A stretch of 53,544 nucleotides of DNA from an uncultured bacterium. Lineage in GTDB: Bacteria; Myxococcota_A; Polyangia; Polyangiales; Houyiibacteriaceae. Numbering within the stretch: position 1 is the first letter of the stretch; each line of letters begins with the position of its first letter. The position numbers and the translations under genes are program-made. The notes under the pieces were generated by a model. That model saw only the letters and a program-made list of their open reading frames with translations. It made no database searches and had not been told where the DNA came from. The stretch is from NCBI GenBank assembly GCA_965369435.1, contig CBDURI010000001.1, positions 1-53,544 of the forward strand, written 5' to 3'. Of the stretch, positions 27,523 to 37,209 are shown in pieces.

Positions 27523-29658
27523 TTGCTACGCGAGAAGCATCTGGCCCTCGCTCCAGTGGATTTGCGTGGCGCGCTCGCCGACGCCTCGGTTGCGCTCCTC
27601 ATCGTGGGTGTCGCGGGTGTCTTTCTTGCGACCCGCCGCTGGTGGGGGCGCGCGCTCGGGCTCGTGACGGTGCTCTCTCTCCTGTGGGTGAGCTTTGCGA
27701 TGTACGAGTTCATCTCGGTCTTCGATTCGCTCTATGCACTCAGCCATGCGGGATTCCTCGCCGACTCCACGTTTGTCGGCGGGTCGGTGCGTCACCTGCG
27801 GCACCCGGTGCTTCTCGGTTCACTCACGGCCTTGGCCGTCGCGGCGGGGTTGTGGGCGCGTGTCCCGGGGCAGCGCTGGTGGCGGTGGTGGGGCGCGGCC
27901 TTCGCCTTGAGCGTGTTCGGGCAGTTCGTCATTCCGGCCTCTCCCGGGCACGACGAGTGGCGACAGCGGCACGCGGTGCAGGCGAATTTCTCCTTTTGGC
28001 CGGCGTTCGGGGCGACGGGCTCGGGTTCCATCAGAGCGGACCTGGGCGATGTTTTTCGAGGCGACCTGAGCGGAAAGAGATGGACAGGTCCCCTGTCCGA
28101 ACGGCCCAACGTCCTGCTCATTCTGATCGAAGCGGCCTCGGGCGCGCACCTGCCCTCGGTTGCCGCCGCGCAGGGGGTCCAAAGTGGGACCACGATGCCT
28201 AAGCTCGATGCGCTGGCCCAGCGCCACATTTTTTTTACCCGGCTCATCTCGCACCAGAGGCAAACCAACCGCGGTGAGTACGGGATCCTGTGCGGGGACT
28301 ATCCGAAGCTCCTGACCGATCAATCCAAGATGAGCGAACAGGTCTACGGCGCGGCGCATCGATGCCTTCCCGAGGTCCTCCGTGATGAGGGGTATGCGAC
28401 GGCCTATATCCAATCGGCGCCGCTCGCCTTCATGATGAAGGACCAGTTCATGAAGAAGGCTGGCTTCGAGGAACTGGTCGGAGACCCTTGGTTCGACCAG
28501 AGCTACGCGCGCACCGATTGGGGCGTCGACGACAAGGCGTTCTTCGAGCAGTCCCTCCGCCGGGTGCTCGAGCTGCACGCGGGCGAGCGGCCCTTTTTTG
28601 CGACGCTGCTGACCGTCGGCACGCATCATCCGTTTACGGTTCCAGATGGAGCCACGGCCGAGGGAGCGCGGAGTCGGCAGGAGCGTGCTTTTCGATGGGC
28701 GGACGACGCCCTCGCCGAGTTCGTGACCCAACTCGAACAGCACGGGGTGCTTCGCGATACCGTCGTGATCATCACGTCGGACGAGTCGACTGGGCTCGTT
28801 CAGGCAGCGAACCCGACGCAGAGGTTGCTTTCGCAAAGCTGGTCGTTCGCAGTCGTCATGATGCCCGAGCCGCAGCCGAAGCGCATCGACACGCTCTACG
28901 CGCACGTCGACACCGCTCTTTCGGTGATGGATCTCCTCGGCTTGGAGCTGCAGGCAAAGCGTTTCGTCGGACGAAGTTGGTTCCGAGAGTACGACACCCC
29001 GCGTCACTTGTTCGCGGGGAACACGTATGCCCGAAGCGTGCTCATGTGGCAGCCGTCCGGCACCGCCATCGTGTGTAGCGAGTCGTTTCGGAGCTGCATG
29101 CGCTCGATTCCCGTCGACGATCTGGTGTTCGGTCCGGAGCGGCAGAGCGAGCCAGCGTCGGCCCGTGAGCGGCAGTTCTTGACCGAAGTGGCCCGACTCA
29201 CGCGCTCCGGCCGCGGAGACATGACGGAGGCGGGGGAGCTCGATCTGTGGACCGAGGGCGTCATATCGGTGCCGGCCGACGCGGGCAAGAAACTTCTAAT
29301 CGGTGGCCAATACCTACGCGTTCCGCGTGACACTACGCTCCGGGTGGACCTGGATCTAGAGGTCACGGGCGAACAAGGGACGATCGATTTTCACCAGGAT
29401 GTCTTTCTCAATGGGTACGAGAAGTTCGCGCGCAATGGAATTCAAATCCGGGATGGGGAGCGTTGGCGACTGAGCTACGAGATCGGGGTTCCAGACGACT
29501 CGAGTCAATTGGTGGTGCAATTGTACGCGACGACGATCTCCGGCGAGGCGGCGGAGATCGAGTTTCACGACGCACGCTTGTCGATGACGGCCGGCCGTGT
29601 GAAGTCGCCAAAGGTAGTCGTCATCGTGGACGAGGTGTCGCCCGCCGATCCTCGGTGA
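27523..29658 (+). CDS. LTA-synthase/phosphoglycerol-transferase-like membrane sulfatase-family enzyme with a C-terminal beta-rich domain
   Basis: N-terminal TM helices are followed by an alkaline-phosphatase-superfamily core (NVLLILIEAASG, QTNRGEYGILCG with a Thr nucleophile candidate, TVGTHHPF). The TTG start is uncertain. Confidence 0.8.
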   Translation: MLREKHLALAPVDLRGALADASVALLIVGVAGVFLATRRWWGRALGLVTVLSLLWVSFAMYEFISVFDSLYALSHAGFLADSTFVGGSVRHLRHPVLLGSLTALAVAAGLWARVPGQRWWRWWGAAFALSVFGQFVIPASPGHDEWRQRHAVQANFSFWPAFGATGSGSIRADLGDVFRGDLSGKRWTGPLSERPNVLLILIEAASGAHLPSVAAAQGVQSGTTMPKLDALAQRHIFFTRLISHQRQTNRGEYGILCGDYPKLLTDQSKMSEQVYGAAHRCLPEVLRDEGYATAYIQSAPLAFMMKDQFMKKAGFEELVGDPWFDQSYARTDWGVDDKAFFEQSLRRVLELHAGERPFFATLLTVGTHHPFTVPDGATAEGARSRQERAFRWADDALAEFVTQLEQHGVLRDTVVIITSDESTGLVQAANPTQRLLSQSWSFAVVMMPEPQPKRIDTLYAHVDTALSVMDLLGLELQAKRFVGRSWFREYDTPRHLFAGNTYARSVLMWQPSGTAIVCSESFRSCMRSIPVDDLVFGPERQSEPASARERQFLTEVARLTRSGRGDMTEAGELDLWTEGVISVPADAGKKLLIGGQYLRVPRDTTLRVDLDLEVTGEQGTIDFHQDVFLNGYEKFARNGIQIRDGERWRLSYEIGVPDDSSQLVVQLYATTISGEAAEIEFHDARLSMTAGRVKSPKVVVIVDEVSPADPR

Positions 29659-31645
29659 GTTGAAGCCGGCACTGGATGCGTCGGAGTTGTTCCTGCTCCC
29701 AGCGCTTGAGCTCGCTGTGAAGGAGCTTGCTGGCTTGCAGGTTGGAAGTCCCTTCATCGCGGCGCTCGTTAGGGTCGGTCTCGTGGTCGTAGAACAACGT
29801 GGTGTCGGCGCCACGATGGTGGATGAGACGATAGCGGCCCTGCGAAATCGCGCCCTTTGGCTCGTACCCCTTACTTGCACGGCGAATGCCACGCAGCCTG
29901 GTTCGAATCGCCGCATCGTCGAGCGAGGGGAGCCGGAAGCTGGCGAAGAGCTCCTCGCCGCGCACCGGGAATGCCTCGGAGAAGGTCGGCCGGTTCGGCA
30001 AGTTGGGGTCCAGGGTGAAGAGACTCTTCGCGGCCGTGTCCGGCGGGATAGGTAGTCCGAGGAAGTGCAAGATCGTCGGCGCCACGTCGGCGAGACTCAC
30101 GCCAACGGCGGGCTTAGATGGTGCGAGTTGCGCGTGCCACAGCACCAGCGGGACGTCGACCATCCAAGCGTTCAAGTAGACGTGGTGTCCCCAGTAGGAC
30201 TTCTCCCCCAACGCCTCGCCGTGGTCCGAGAAGAAGACAACCAGGGTGTCGTCGAGCCATCCGTCCTCCGTCAAGTACCGCAACAGGCGGCCCAGCTCGC
30301 GGTCGAAGCGCGCGACTTCGCTCAGGTAGGCGTTCTTCTTGCCCTTTCCGAAGCGGAGCTCTCGGTGCGTTCGGTAGGGGTCGTGCGGCGCGTAGTAGTG
30401 AACCCATGCCATCACGGAGGCCTCGTCGTCCCGCGCGGCTCGGAGACGGGAGATGAGCGCGTCGGTGGCGGCGGCGTCCGTCGGCGCGAACACGGTGTCG
30501 ACGCCTGGCGCAAGGAACTGTTCGACGATCGGAAGACGAAACCATCGCACGTCGGGAAGGACGGCGAGCTGTCGATCGACGTGGGCGCGGGCGCGGGTGA
30601 AGATCGTGTCGGGCAGGGCCGGGGAAAGGTAGATCTCGGCCGGGCTCAAACCGGTGAACGCGCTGCCCATGGCGAACAGGGTCGCCGGATAGGTCGACGT
30701 GGCATTGGTGAACGAGACACCGGCTCTTGCGAGGCGCGTCAGCTCTGGGGTAACCGGGCGTCCGTCTACCTGCATGCCCACGACATCCTTTCGAAGGGCG
30801 TCGACCGTGATGATGATCACGTTGCGGCGTTGGTCCGGCTCGATACCGATCGGAGATTGATTCACGGCGGCTCTCGGCTCCGGGCACGCCTCACCAGCGA
30901 TGGACCAAGTCTCTTCGCGGCCGAAGTGAGGAAGGAGGTAAAGGGTCGTCAACGCCGCGGTTCGGTTGTATGCGGTCACCTCGCGCTGTCCGGTGGCGGT
31001 CAGTGCGGGGTCGATGCGGGTGCCAATGCCAATGAGCAGACAGGCGACCGCCGCGCCCAAGACGACTGGCCAGCGCCGGGACTCGCGAAAGAGCAGGAGC
31101 ACCAACGCGCCCGAAAGAATGCTTGCTGGGAGAACCAGTTGCGCCATCGAGTAGTCGTACGCCCGGTAGCGCGCGATGGCCGCGGTTAGCAGCCCCACTG
31201 CGAGCACGGTGAGTGCGGCCCATGCCGCACGCCAACCTGTAGTCGAGATGCGCGCGCCTGCGATCAGCCACGCCCAGCCTCCGGCGGCGACGAGCCCGAT
31301 GCTGGACCCCATCACGGCGCGCGCGAGGTCGCGATGCGGATGAACTGCCCAACGGGGCCCGGAGAGCAGGAAGTCCGTCTGCTCCCAGGCGAAGGCCGCT
31401 ACGAGCAGCATCAGCACCGCCGCGGACCCAACGACCACGGTTCTCGACGCGCGCGCAACCTGAGATACGGCTCCCAAGATCACTGCTGTGGGGACCGAGC
31501 CGATGAGTGCCAGCCAAGATACTTGGCCGAGGAGCTCGACCGAGACGGCGGATTGCGACTCTAGCCCGACGAGCAGGAAGACGACGCACCCCACGTAGGC
31601 CGAGGCCCACAGCGTCAGTATTGAAGCGAGATGTCTACGGGGCAT
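29621..31645 (-). CDS. polytopic membrane sulfatase-family (alkaline phosphatase superfamily) enzyme
   Basis: About 8 N-terminal TM helices precede NVIIITVDALRKD...TPELTRLARAGVSF...FFSDHGEALGE. No C/S-x-P-x-R formylglycine motif is visible. Start is set at ATG 31645, preceded by AAAGGTGG; the ORF track starts at TTG 31687. Confidence 0.8.
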   Translation of the reverse strand: MPRRHLASILTLWASAYVGCVVFLLVGLESQSAVSVELLGQVSWLALIGSVPTAVILGAVSQVARASRTVVVGSAAVLMLLVAAFAWEQTDFLLSGPRWAVHPHRDLARAVMGSSIGLVAAGGWAWLIAGARISTTGWRAAWAALTVLAVGLLTAAIARYRAYDYSMAQLVLPASILSGALVLLLFRESRRWPVVLGAAVACLLIGIGTRIDPALTATGQREVTAYNRTAALTTLYLLPHFGREETWSIAGEACPEPRAAVNQSPIGIEPDQRRNVIIITVDALRKDVVGMQVDGRPVTPELTRLARAGVSFTNATSTYPATLFAMGSAFTGLSPAEIYLSPALPDTIFTRARAHVDRQLAVLPDVRWFRLPIVEQFLAPGVDTVFAPTDAAATDALISRLRAARDDEASVMAWVHYYAPHDPYRTHRELRFGKGKKNAYLSEVARFDRELGRLLRYLTEDGWLDDTLVVFFSDHGEALGEKSYWGHHVYLNAWMVDVPLVLWHAQLAPSKPAVGVSLADVAPTILHFLGLPIPPDTAAKSLFTLDPNLPNRPTFSEAFPVRGEELFASFRLPSLDDAAIRTRLRGIRRASKGYEPKGAISQGRYRLIHHRGADTTLFYDHETDPNERRDEGTSNLQASKLLHSELKRWEQEQLRRIQCRLQLTEDRRATPRPR

Positions 31646-33317
31646 CGAGGTCTGCCACCTTTTTGTCGAGAGATTGCTCCGCTTCAATGAGCCGCGTCGA
31701 TCTCATCGGAGGCTCGAAGGCGTTGTGCAAGAGCCACCATCGAGGACTCATCGCCAGCGGGGATGAGTCCCAGGCCTCGATGTCCCGAGCCTCCTCGCGG
31801 AGGTCCACCATGAAGTAGTCGCCGAACTGGCGATAGGGGTGGCGTGAAGCGAAGGCAGCACGCTGTTCTTCAGGGAAGGCATCGAGCGCGGCGATGAAGA
31901 CCCACCCGGTAGCCCCCTCATCGTTGGGAATCTCGACGCGCGGGTTTTGTGACCAGCGATGGGTCACGCGATCGAGAGTGATGTCGAAACGAGGTTCTAG
32001 TCGAAGGGGCTTGAGGCTCGTGTGCAGCTGGACTCCGGTATCTCGGTCGGTCCACTCCTTGACGCGCTCCGCAAACCGAAGCTCAGGTCTTCCGGAGTCG
32101 TAGGTGTCCGTCGCGCCGCGCACCGGAGTGAAGAACCACATCGAGCCCCCCACGTAGCGCCCCTCCGGAACGATCTGAACGATGCGGATCGCCAGCGGGA
32201 CCAGCAGGAGCAGCACGCTGAAACTGACCGCTGTCCCGGCGCGTTCGCGAACCCAGCGGGCCATCGCGAAGAGCGACACCGGAACGATGATCGCGACTGC
32301 CGGCAGCGTAGGCCAGGCCCAGTACGAATGGACCATCGCGCTCCACCGAAACGTCCAATAGTGAATCAGTCCGGCGGCTAGGAAGGCGACCGGAACTAGG
32401 TCCCTCGCGCGCGCCGTCCCGCGGACCGCACGAACGCCCCACGCGACAACCCACGCGACGCAAAGTGCGAGAACCGGCGCCGTGAACATCAACTCCGGCA
32501 CGATCAACAGGTGCGTCCGAAATCGCCCCCAGGAGAGAGCTCGCCGCGTGTTGAACGCCTCCGTCAACTCGCCCAGATTCCCGGCGACCACCTCTACCAA
32601 GACGAAATGCCCTACGAACAGCAGAACCACCCATGCGCAGAACACGGCCAACTGGGCGGGCGGCCCGCTCGCAGCTTCTGAGCGCCGCGGCCGGAAGAGC
32701 GTCCAGGCCCAGTGCAGGGCTATGCAGGCGGCGACGTAGTAGGCGGGCCAGTCCCAGCTGCTGGCGATGCCGAAGGTGGCCAGGAAGACGGCGAAGTCTA
32801 GGCGCCGCCAGGGGGGGGCGCGCGTCGCTCGGATGTAGAGATAGAGGGTGAGCAGCGACCAGAAGATGAAGCCGGCCGAGTGGTTGGCCATGTTGGTGTA
32901 GATTGCGTTGATTGGCAGCGCGACGTAGATCGCGGACGCGGCTAGGGCGTGAGCGTCGTCCCAGAGGCGTCGCACCACGGCGAACAACATGCAGAGGGCG
33001 GCCACGCTCCAGAAGCCCGCGACGAGCCGGATCGAAACCTCGCGATCGCCGAAGAGCTTCACGGCGGCGACGTTGTGCATGTGCAGCGCGAGCGGCGCGT
33101 GCGTATAGAGTTGCTCCTTCTTGGGCGGTACGTTGGCGGTTTCGTACTGGAGCGGGAACAGGACGTCCCAGCGCAACGTGTTGCGTGCCGCATTGTGGTA
33201 CGCGGAGCCGTTCCAACCGTTGTGGCCGCGCGTCCATTGGTCGGCGACGCCCCACACGGCCAAGAAGACCTGCAGCGCGAGCACTGCGGCAAAGGCATAG
33301 CGAACCGGCCTCCCCAT
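31635..33317 (-). CDS. GT39/ArnT-PMT-family membrane glycosyltransferase
   Basis: 560-aa polytopic ORF. The first loop with HNGWNGSAYHNAARN and the YTHAPL motif region, plus the overall layout, are typical of undecaprenyl/dolichyl-phosphate-sugar dependent GT-C enzymes. Confidence 0.8.
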   Translation of the reverse strand: MGRPVRYAFAAVLALQVFLAVWGVADQWTRGHNGWNGSAYHNAARNTLRWDVLFPLQYETANVPPKKEQLYTHAPLALHMHNVAAVKLFGDREVSIRLVAGFWSVAALCMLFAVVRRLWDDAHALAASAIYVALPINAIYTNMANHSAGFIFWSLLTLYLYIRATRAPPWRRLDFAVFLATFGIASSWDWPAYYVAACIALHWAWTLFRPRRSEAASGPPAQLAVFCAWVVLLFVGHFVLVEVVAGNLGELTEAFNTRRALSWGRFRTHLLIVPELMFTAPVLALCVAWVVAWGVRAVRGTARARDLVPVAFLAAGLIHYWTFRWSAMVHSYWAWPTLPAVAIIVPVSLFAMARWVRERAGTAVSFSVLLLLVPLAIRIVQIVPEGRYVGGSMWFFTPVRGATDTYDSGRPELRFAERVKEWTDRDTGVQLHTSLKPLRLEPRFDITLDRVTHRWSQNPRVEIPNDEGATGWVFIAALDAFPEEQRAAFASRHPYRQFGDYFMVDLREEARDIEAWDSSPLAMSPRWWLLHNAFEPPMRSTRLIEAEQSLDKKVADLDAP

Positions 33318-33350
33318 CCCGGGGCAGTATGGCCGCTTAGGCCGGGGGCG

Positions 33351-34964
33351 TCAGCTTTCGAGAAGCCGGCGCGCCACGACGTGCGCCTGAATCTCGTTGG
33401 CGCCTTCAAAGAGACTGAGGACTCGCGCATCCACCAACAGGCGCGATGCGGTGTACTCCTCGGCGTATCCGTTACCGCCGTGAATTTGAACGTTTGCGTC
33501 CGCGGCTTCCCACGCGGCCCGGGTGGCCAAGAGCTTCGCCATGCCTGCTTGGAGGTCACAGCGCTTGTCCTGGTCCTTTTCGCGCGCGCTGAAGTAGGTC
33601 ATCTGCCGGGCCGCTTGTATGCGGACGATCATCCGGCCGATTTTTCGAGCGACGCGCGGGAACTGGAAAATCGGTCCGCCAAACTGCTCGCGATCCGTCG
33701 CGTAGAGGATCGCGTCTTCGAGGGCCGCTTGCGCCACGCCTACGCCACGCGCGGCGGTTTGAATGCGGGCGCTCTCGAAGGTGCGCATGAGCTGCTTGAA
33801 GCCTGCTCCTTCTTCGCCGCCCAGCAACGAGTCGGCAGATAGCTTGAAGTCTTCGAAGCTCAGCTCGTATTCCTTCATGCCGCGGTAGCCGAGCACCGTG
33901 ATCTCGGTTCCGGTCAGGCCGTCGTCGACGAACTCGGCCTCGCCGTTCTCACCGGTGCGCCGAGTCTTGCTGGCAAGAAACATCGACAACCCGCGGTACC
34001 CCGGCTCGTCGGCGTTGGTGCGCGCCAGGACGGTCATCAAGTCCGCTCGTACGGCATGGGTGATCCAAGTCTTCTGCCCGTTGAGCAAGTAGCTGCCGTC
34101 GCTTTGCTTGACCGCGCGCGTCCCGAGGTGTGCGAGATCCGATCCGATGTTCGGCTCGGTGAACACAGCAGTCGAAAGCACCTCGCCTGCAGCGAGTCTC
34201 GGGAGCCACTCCTTTTTTTGTTCCTCGGTGCCGCCGCCCATGATCAGCTCGGCCGCGATTTCCGAGCGCGTGCCGAGCGAGCCCACGCCGATGTAACCCC
34301 GGGATAGCTCTTCGGTGACGACGCACATCGCAACTTTGCTCATGCCGAGCCCGTCGTACTCCTCGGGGATCGTCAATCCGAACACACCGAGCTCGCTCAT
34401 CTGGTCGACGATGTCCATCGGGATCAAGATGTCTTGCCGGTGAATGTCCTGTGCCCTTGGAATGACCTCGGCATCGACGAATTTCGCGAACTGCGAGCGG
34501 ATCTCCTCGAGCATCTCGTCTTCGAACCCAGGGTTTGGGAAGCCGTGGTCCCGCGCCTGCGCCGCAAGCTCGAGGTAGACGCTCCCGTTCGCGTGCTCGG
34601 TAGAAAATGCGATGACCTCGGGCCGAAGCACGGTCTCGCGCAGGTCCGCGTCGGTGATGCCGAGCTCCCCAAGCCCGATGTTTTCACAGGCGCCGAGATC
34701 GACTCCGCCCACGATCGTGCGCGCGACCTCGCCGACGTAGGCCCGCGCGACTTTGCCTTCGTAGTCGCCGCCCACACGCTCCGCCCAGGACGCCATCTGC
34801 CGGCAGGCTTCGAGCTCCGTGGCGAGGTACGCGACTGCATGTGCCGCGAGCTGGTTCTCGTTCAGCTTCTTCCCGCTGATGCGATCTCCTTCGATGACGA
34901 TCGCCTTCACGTTGTCGTGCGCTCGCTGGTAGATGCCTTCAATGGCTTCGATGACTTGCTGCAT
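33351..34964 (-). CDS. acyl-CoA dehydrogenase with about 170-aa N-terminal extension; candidate (2S)-methylsuccinyl-CoA dehydrogenase
   Basis: ATG 34964 is preceded by AGGAA. The ACAD core is present (GSDLA, FEGANEIQ with the catalytic Glu). The 537-aa size, the N-terminal extension and the position directly after ccr match Mcd of the ethylmalonyl-CoA pathway. The specific assignment is an inference. Confidence 0.8.
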   Translation of the reverse strand: MQQVIEAIEGIYQRAHDNVKAIVIEGDRISGKKLNENQLAAHAVAYLATELEACRQMASWAERVGGDYEGKVARAYVGEVARTIVGGVDLGACENIGLGELGITDADLRETVLRPEVIAFSTEHANGSVYLELAAQARDHGFPNPGFEDEMLEEIRSQFAKFVDAEVIPRAQDIHRQDILIPMDIVDQMSELGVFGLTIPEEYDGLGMSKVAMCVVTEELSRGYIGVGSLGTRSEIAAELIMGGGTEEQKKEWLPRLAAGEVLSTAVFTEPNIGSDLAHLGTRAVKQSDGSYLLNGQKTWITHAVRADLMTVLARTNADEPGYRGLSMFLASKTRRTGENGEAEFVDDGLTGTEITVLGYRGMKEYELSFEDFKLSADSLLGGEEGAGFKQLMRTFESARIQTAARGVGVAQAALEDAILYATDREQFGGPIFQFPRVARKIGRMIVRIQAARQMTYFSAREKDQDKRCDLQAGMAKLLATRAAWEAADANVQIHGGNGYAEEYTASRLLVDARVLSLFEGANEIQAHVVARRLLES

Positions 34965-34972
34965 GGCTGTTC

Positions 34973-36193
34973 CTAACCGTTCGCCATCGCGGCGAGGGTC
35001 TCTTCGAGGTTCTTGAGCCCGGGCCGGGGCGCTCCGACCAAGCATGCGACGGTGCCGTGAACCTTGTTTTCGTACATGAGCTGATGAGCCTCGGGAATTT
35101 CGTCCCAGGTGAAGAGGCGCGTCATCACCGGCTTGACCTTCTCTTGAATCACCAGGCGGTTCGCGCGGCTCGCGGAATCCGCGTCCGCAAAGTGTGAGCC
35201 GATGATCCTTTTTTGACGCATCCAGAGGTGACGTACGTCGAAGTTGAGGTTGTAGCCCGTAGTTGCGCCGCAGATGACGATTCGACCGTACTTCGCTGCC
35301 AGGAAGACGCTCGCTGGGAAGGTTGCTTTGCCGACGTGCTCGAACACGACGTCCGGCCCCTTGCGCTCACCGAGAATCTCCCAGATGCGCTTGCCGAAGC
35401 CCTTGAGGTCGGCGCTGTGTGCCTTTTGCTCTTCGGGCGTCATGTCGTCTTTGTACTGCAGCGCAGGGAAGTCTTTGCGGTTGATGACGCCGTGCGCGCC
35501 AAGCTGCATGACGAGCTCGGCCTTGTCGTCACTCGACACCACCGCGATCGCGCGCGCGCCCATGACCTTGCAAAGCTGGACGGCAAACACGCCGAGACCG
35601 CCACCAGCGCCCCAGATGAGCACGTCTTCGCCAGGCTTCACCTCGGCGCGGTCGACCAACATCCGATGAGCGGTGTAATAGGTGAGGCCGTAGCTGGAGG
35701 CATCTTCCCAGCTGAGGTGCGGCGGTTTCGGAAGCACTTGTTGCGCCTGGACCTTCGTGAACTGTGCGAACGAGCCGTCCGGAGTTTCGTAACCCCAAAT
35801 GCTCTGCATGTCGTTGGTGCCCGGGTTCAAGAGGTGGTTGCAGTGCAGCACCACTTCGTCGCCGACCTTGTGGTCGTGGACGCCTGGGCCGACCCCCCAC
35901 ACGACGCCTGAGGCGTCCGATCCTGCGATGTGGTAGTCGAGCCCATGGCCCTTGAGCACGTCGACCGGCTTGCCCAGCCCCGCCCAAACGCCATTGAAAT
36001 TGACGCCGGCCGCCATGACCTGCACCAGCACCTCGCCCGGGCCGAGCTCCCAAACCGGTAGCTCCTCCGGTTGAAAGGATTGCTTGGGCTCGCCGAAGCG
36101 CTCCGGGCGAATCGCATACGCGTGCATCTTTTCCGGCACGACGCCTAGCTCGGGTACTTGACCAATAGGGACGATATCTGGACGTTCACTCAT
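34973..36193 (-). CDS. ccr: crotonyl-CoA carboxylase/reductase
   Basis: ATG 36193 is preceded by GAGGAA. The protein aligns by eye along the whole length with Streptomyces Ccr (ELGPGEVLVQVMAAGVNFN, IWGYETPDGSFAQF, VLIWGAGGGLG, FGKRIWE, DVVFEH, RIIGSHFA). Confidence 0.85.
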   Translation of the reverse strand: MSERPDIVPIGQVPELGVVPEKMHAYAIRPERFGEPKQSFQPEELPVWELGPGEVLVQVMAAGVNFNGVWAGLGKPVDVLKGHGLDYHIAGSDASGVVWGVGPGVHDHKVGDEVVLHCNHLLNPGTNDMQSIWGYETPDGSFAQFTKVQAQQVLPKPPHLSWEDASSYGLTYYTAHRMLVDRAEVKPGEDVLIWGAGGGLGVFAVQLCKVMGARAIAVVSSDDKAELVMQLGAHGVINRKDFPALQYKDDMTPEEQKAHSADLKGFGKRIWEILGERKGPDVVFEHVGKATFPASVFLAAKYGRIVICGATTGYNLNFDVRHLWMRQKRIIGSHFADADSASRANRLVIQEKVKPVMTRLFTWDEIPEAHQLMYENKVHGTVACLVGAPRPGLKNLEETLAAMANG

Positions 36194-36201
36194 CTGTTTC
36201 C

Positions 36202-37209
36202 TCACGGAGTTTTGCCGAGCGCTGCTACATACTCCCGGCTCAAATGTTCGCAAAGGCTCAACGGCGTTTCACCGTCGTCGAGGTCTCGTTCGGCGCGCGC
36301 TTGGAGTTGCGCCGCTCCGCCCAGGGTCGAAACCCCGTGCTCGCCATGCTTCCGCGTGAAAAGATCGAGAGCCCACTGTACCTCGCCTTGGCGACGGCGC
36401 GTTACCAGCGTGGCCTCGAGGTGTTTTCGATGCTCGTCGAGGGCGTCGATGAGATCATCAATTCCGGTGCCTTTCGTCGCGCTGGTAGCGATGATCGGCG
36501 GCTCCCAACCCGCGTCGCGTCCGCCGGCCGCCCCGACTGCGTGGGCGGTCTGAAGCGCGCCCCGAAGGTCGGCGATGGCGCGTTGCGCTAGCTCGTCTTG
36601 ATCGGCCTTGTTTACAACCAGTATATCTGGGATCTCCATGATTCCGGCCTTCAAGAACTGAAGCACGTCGCCGCTTCCCGGCTGGACCACGAGCACGACA
36701 GTGTCCGCCACGTGCACGATGTCGATTTCCGATTGGCCGACTCCGGTCGTTTCGATGACGACCATGTCGTAGGCGGCTGCCAACACGCGCACCGCAGAGT
36801 TGGCCGCGTAGGCGAGGCCCCCGACTTCGCCGGCGGTTGCGAGCGAGCGTACGAACAGGCCTGCATCGGAGGGATCGAAGCTCATGCGGGCGCGGTCCCC
36901 GAGCAACGAACCACCCGATCGGATACTCGAGGGATCGATGGCAACCACTCCGACGGTGCGACCGCCTCGTCGAACGGAGCGCGCGAGCGCGGAGGTCAAC
37001 GTGCTCTTTCCAACCCCGGGCGGACCGGTGAGGCCGACGCGGTGACCGCCCGCGGCTTTGGGTGCGTCCTTGAGCGCAGCCAGTAGCTCGGTGACCGCCG
37101 TTTGCGCCTCGGGACGTCGATCCTCGACGAGGTTCAGAGCACGGGAGACGGCCGCCTTGTCGGCGGACAGCACCTGCGCGGCGTCGTCGGGGAGATCACT
37201 CGGCGGCAT
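36202..37209 (-). CDS. meaB: methylmalonyl/ethylmalonyl-CoA mutase-associated G-protein chaperone MeaB (ArgK)
   Basis: P-loop GPPGVGKSTL, ETTGVGQSE and VVNKAD are present. Length is 335 aa. Its start overlaps the ecm stop by 14 nt. Confidence 0.85.
   Translation of the reverse strand: MPPSDLPDDAAQVLSADKAAVSRALNLVEDRRPEAQTAVTELLAALKDAPKAAGGHRVGLTGPPGVGKSTLTSALARSVRRGGRTVGVVAIDPSSIRSGGSLLGDRARMSFDPSDAGLFVRSLATAGEVGGLAYAANSAVRVLAAAYDMVVIETTGVGQSEIDIVHVADTVVLVVQPGSGDVLQFLKAGIMEIPDILVVNKADQDELAQRAIADLRGALQTAHAVGAAGGRDAGWEPPIIATSATKGTGIDDLIDALDEHRKHLEATLVTRRRQGEVQWALDLFTRKHGEHGVSTLGGAAQLQARAERDLDDGETPLSLCEHLSREYVAALGKTP

Noticed and set aside
28229-28236. T8 homopolymer (and T6 at 28594-28599) inside the LTA-synthase-like gene as a possible phase-variation or frameshift tract.
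   Set aside because: Both simply encode Phe-Phe (ATT TTT TTT ACC; CCC TTT TTT GCG) in an otherwise intact frame. There is no evidence of length variation from a single sequence. It is noted only as unusual codon choice.
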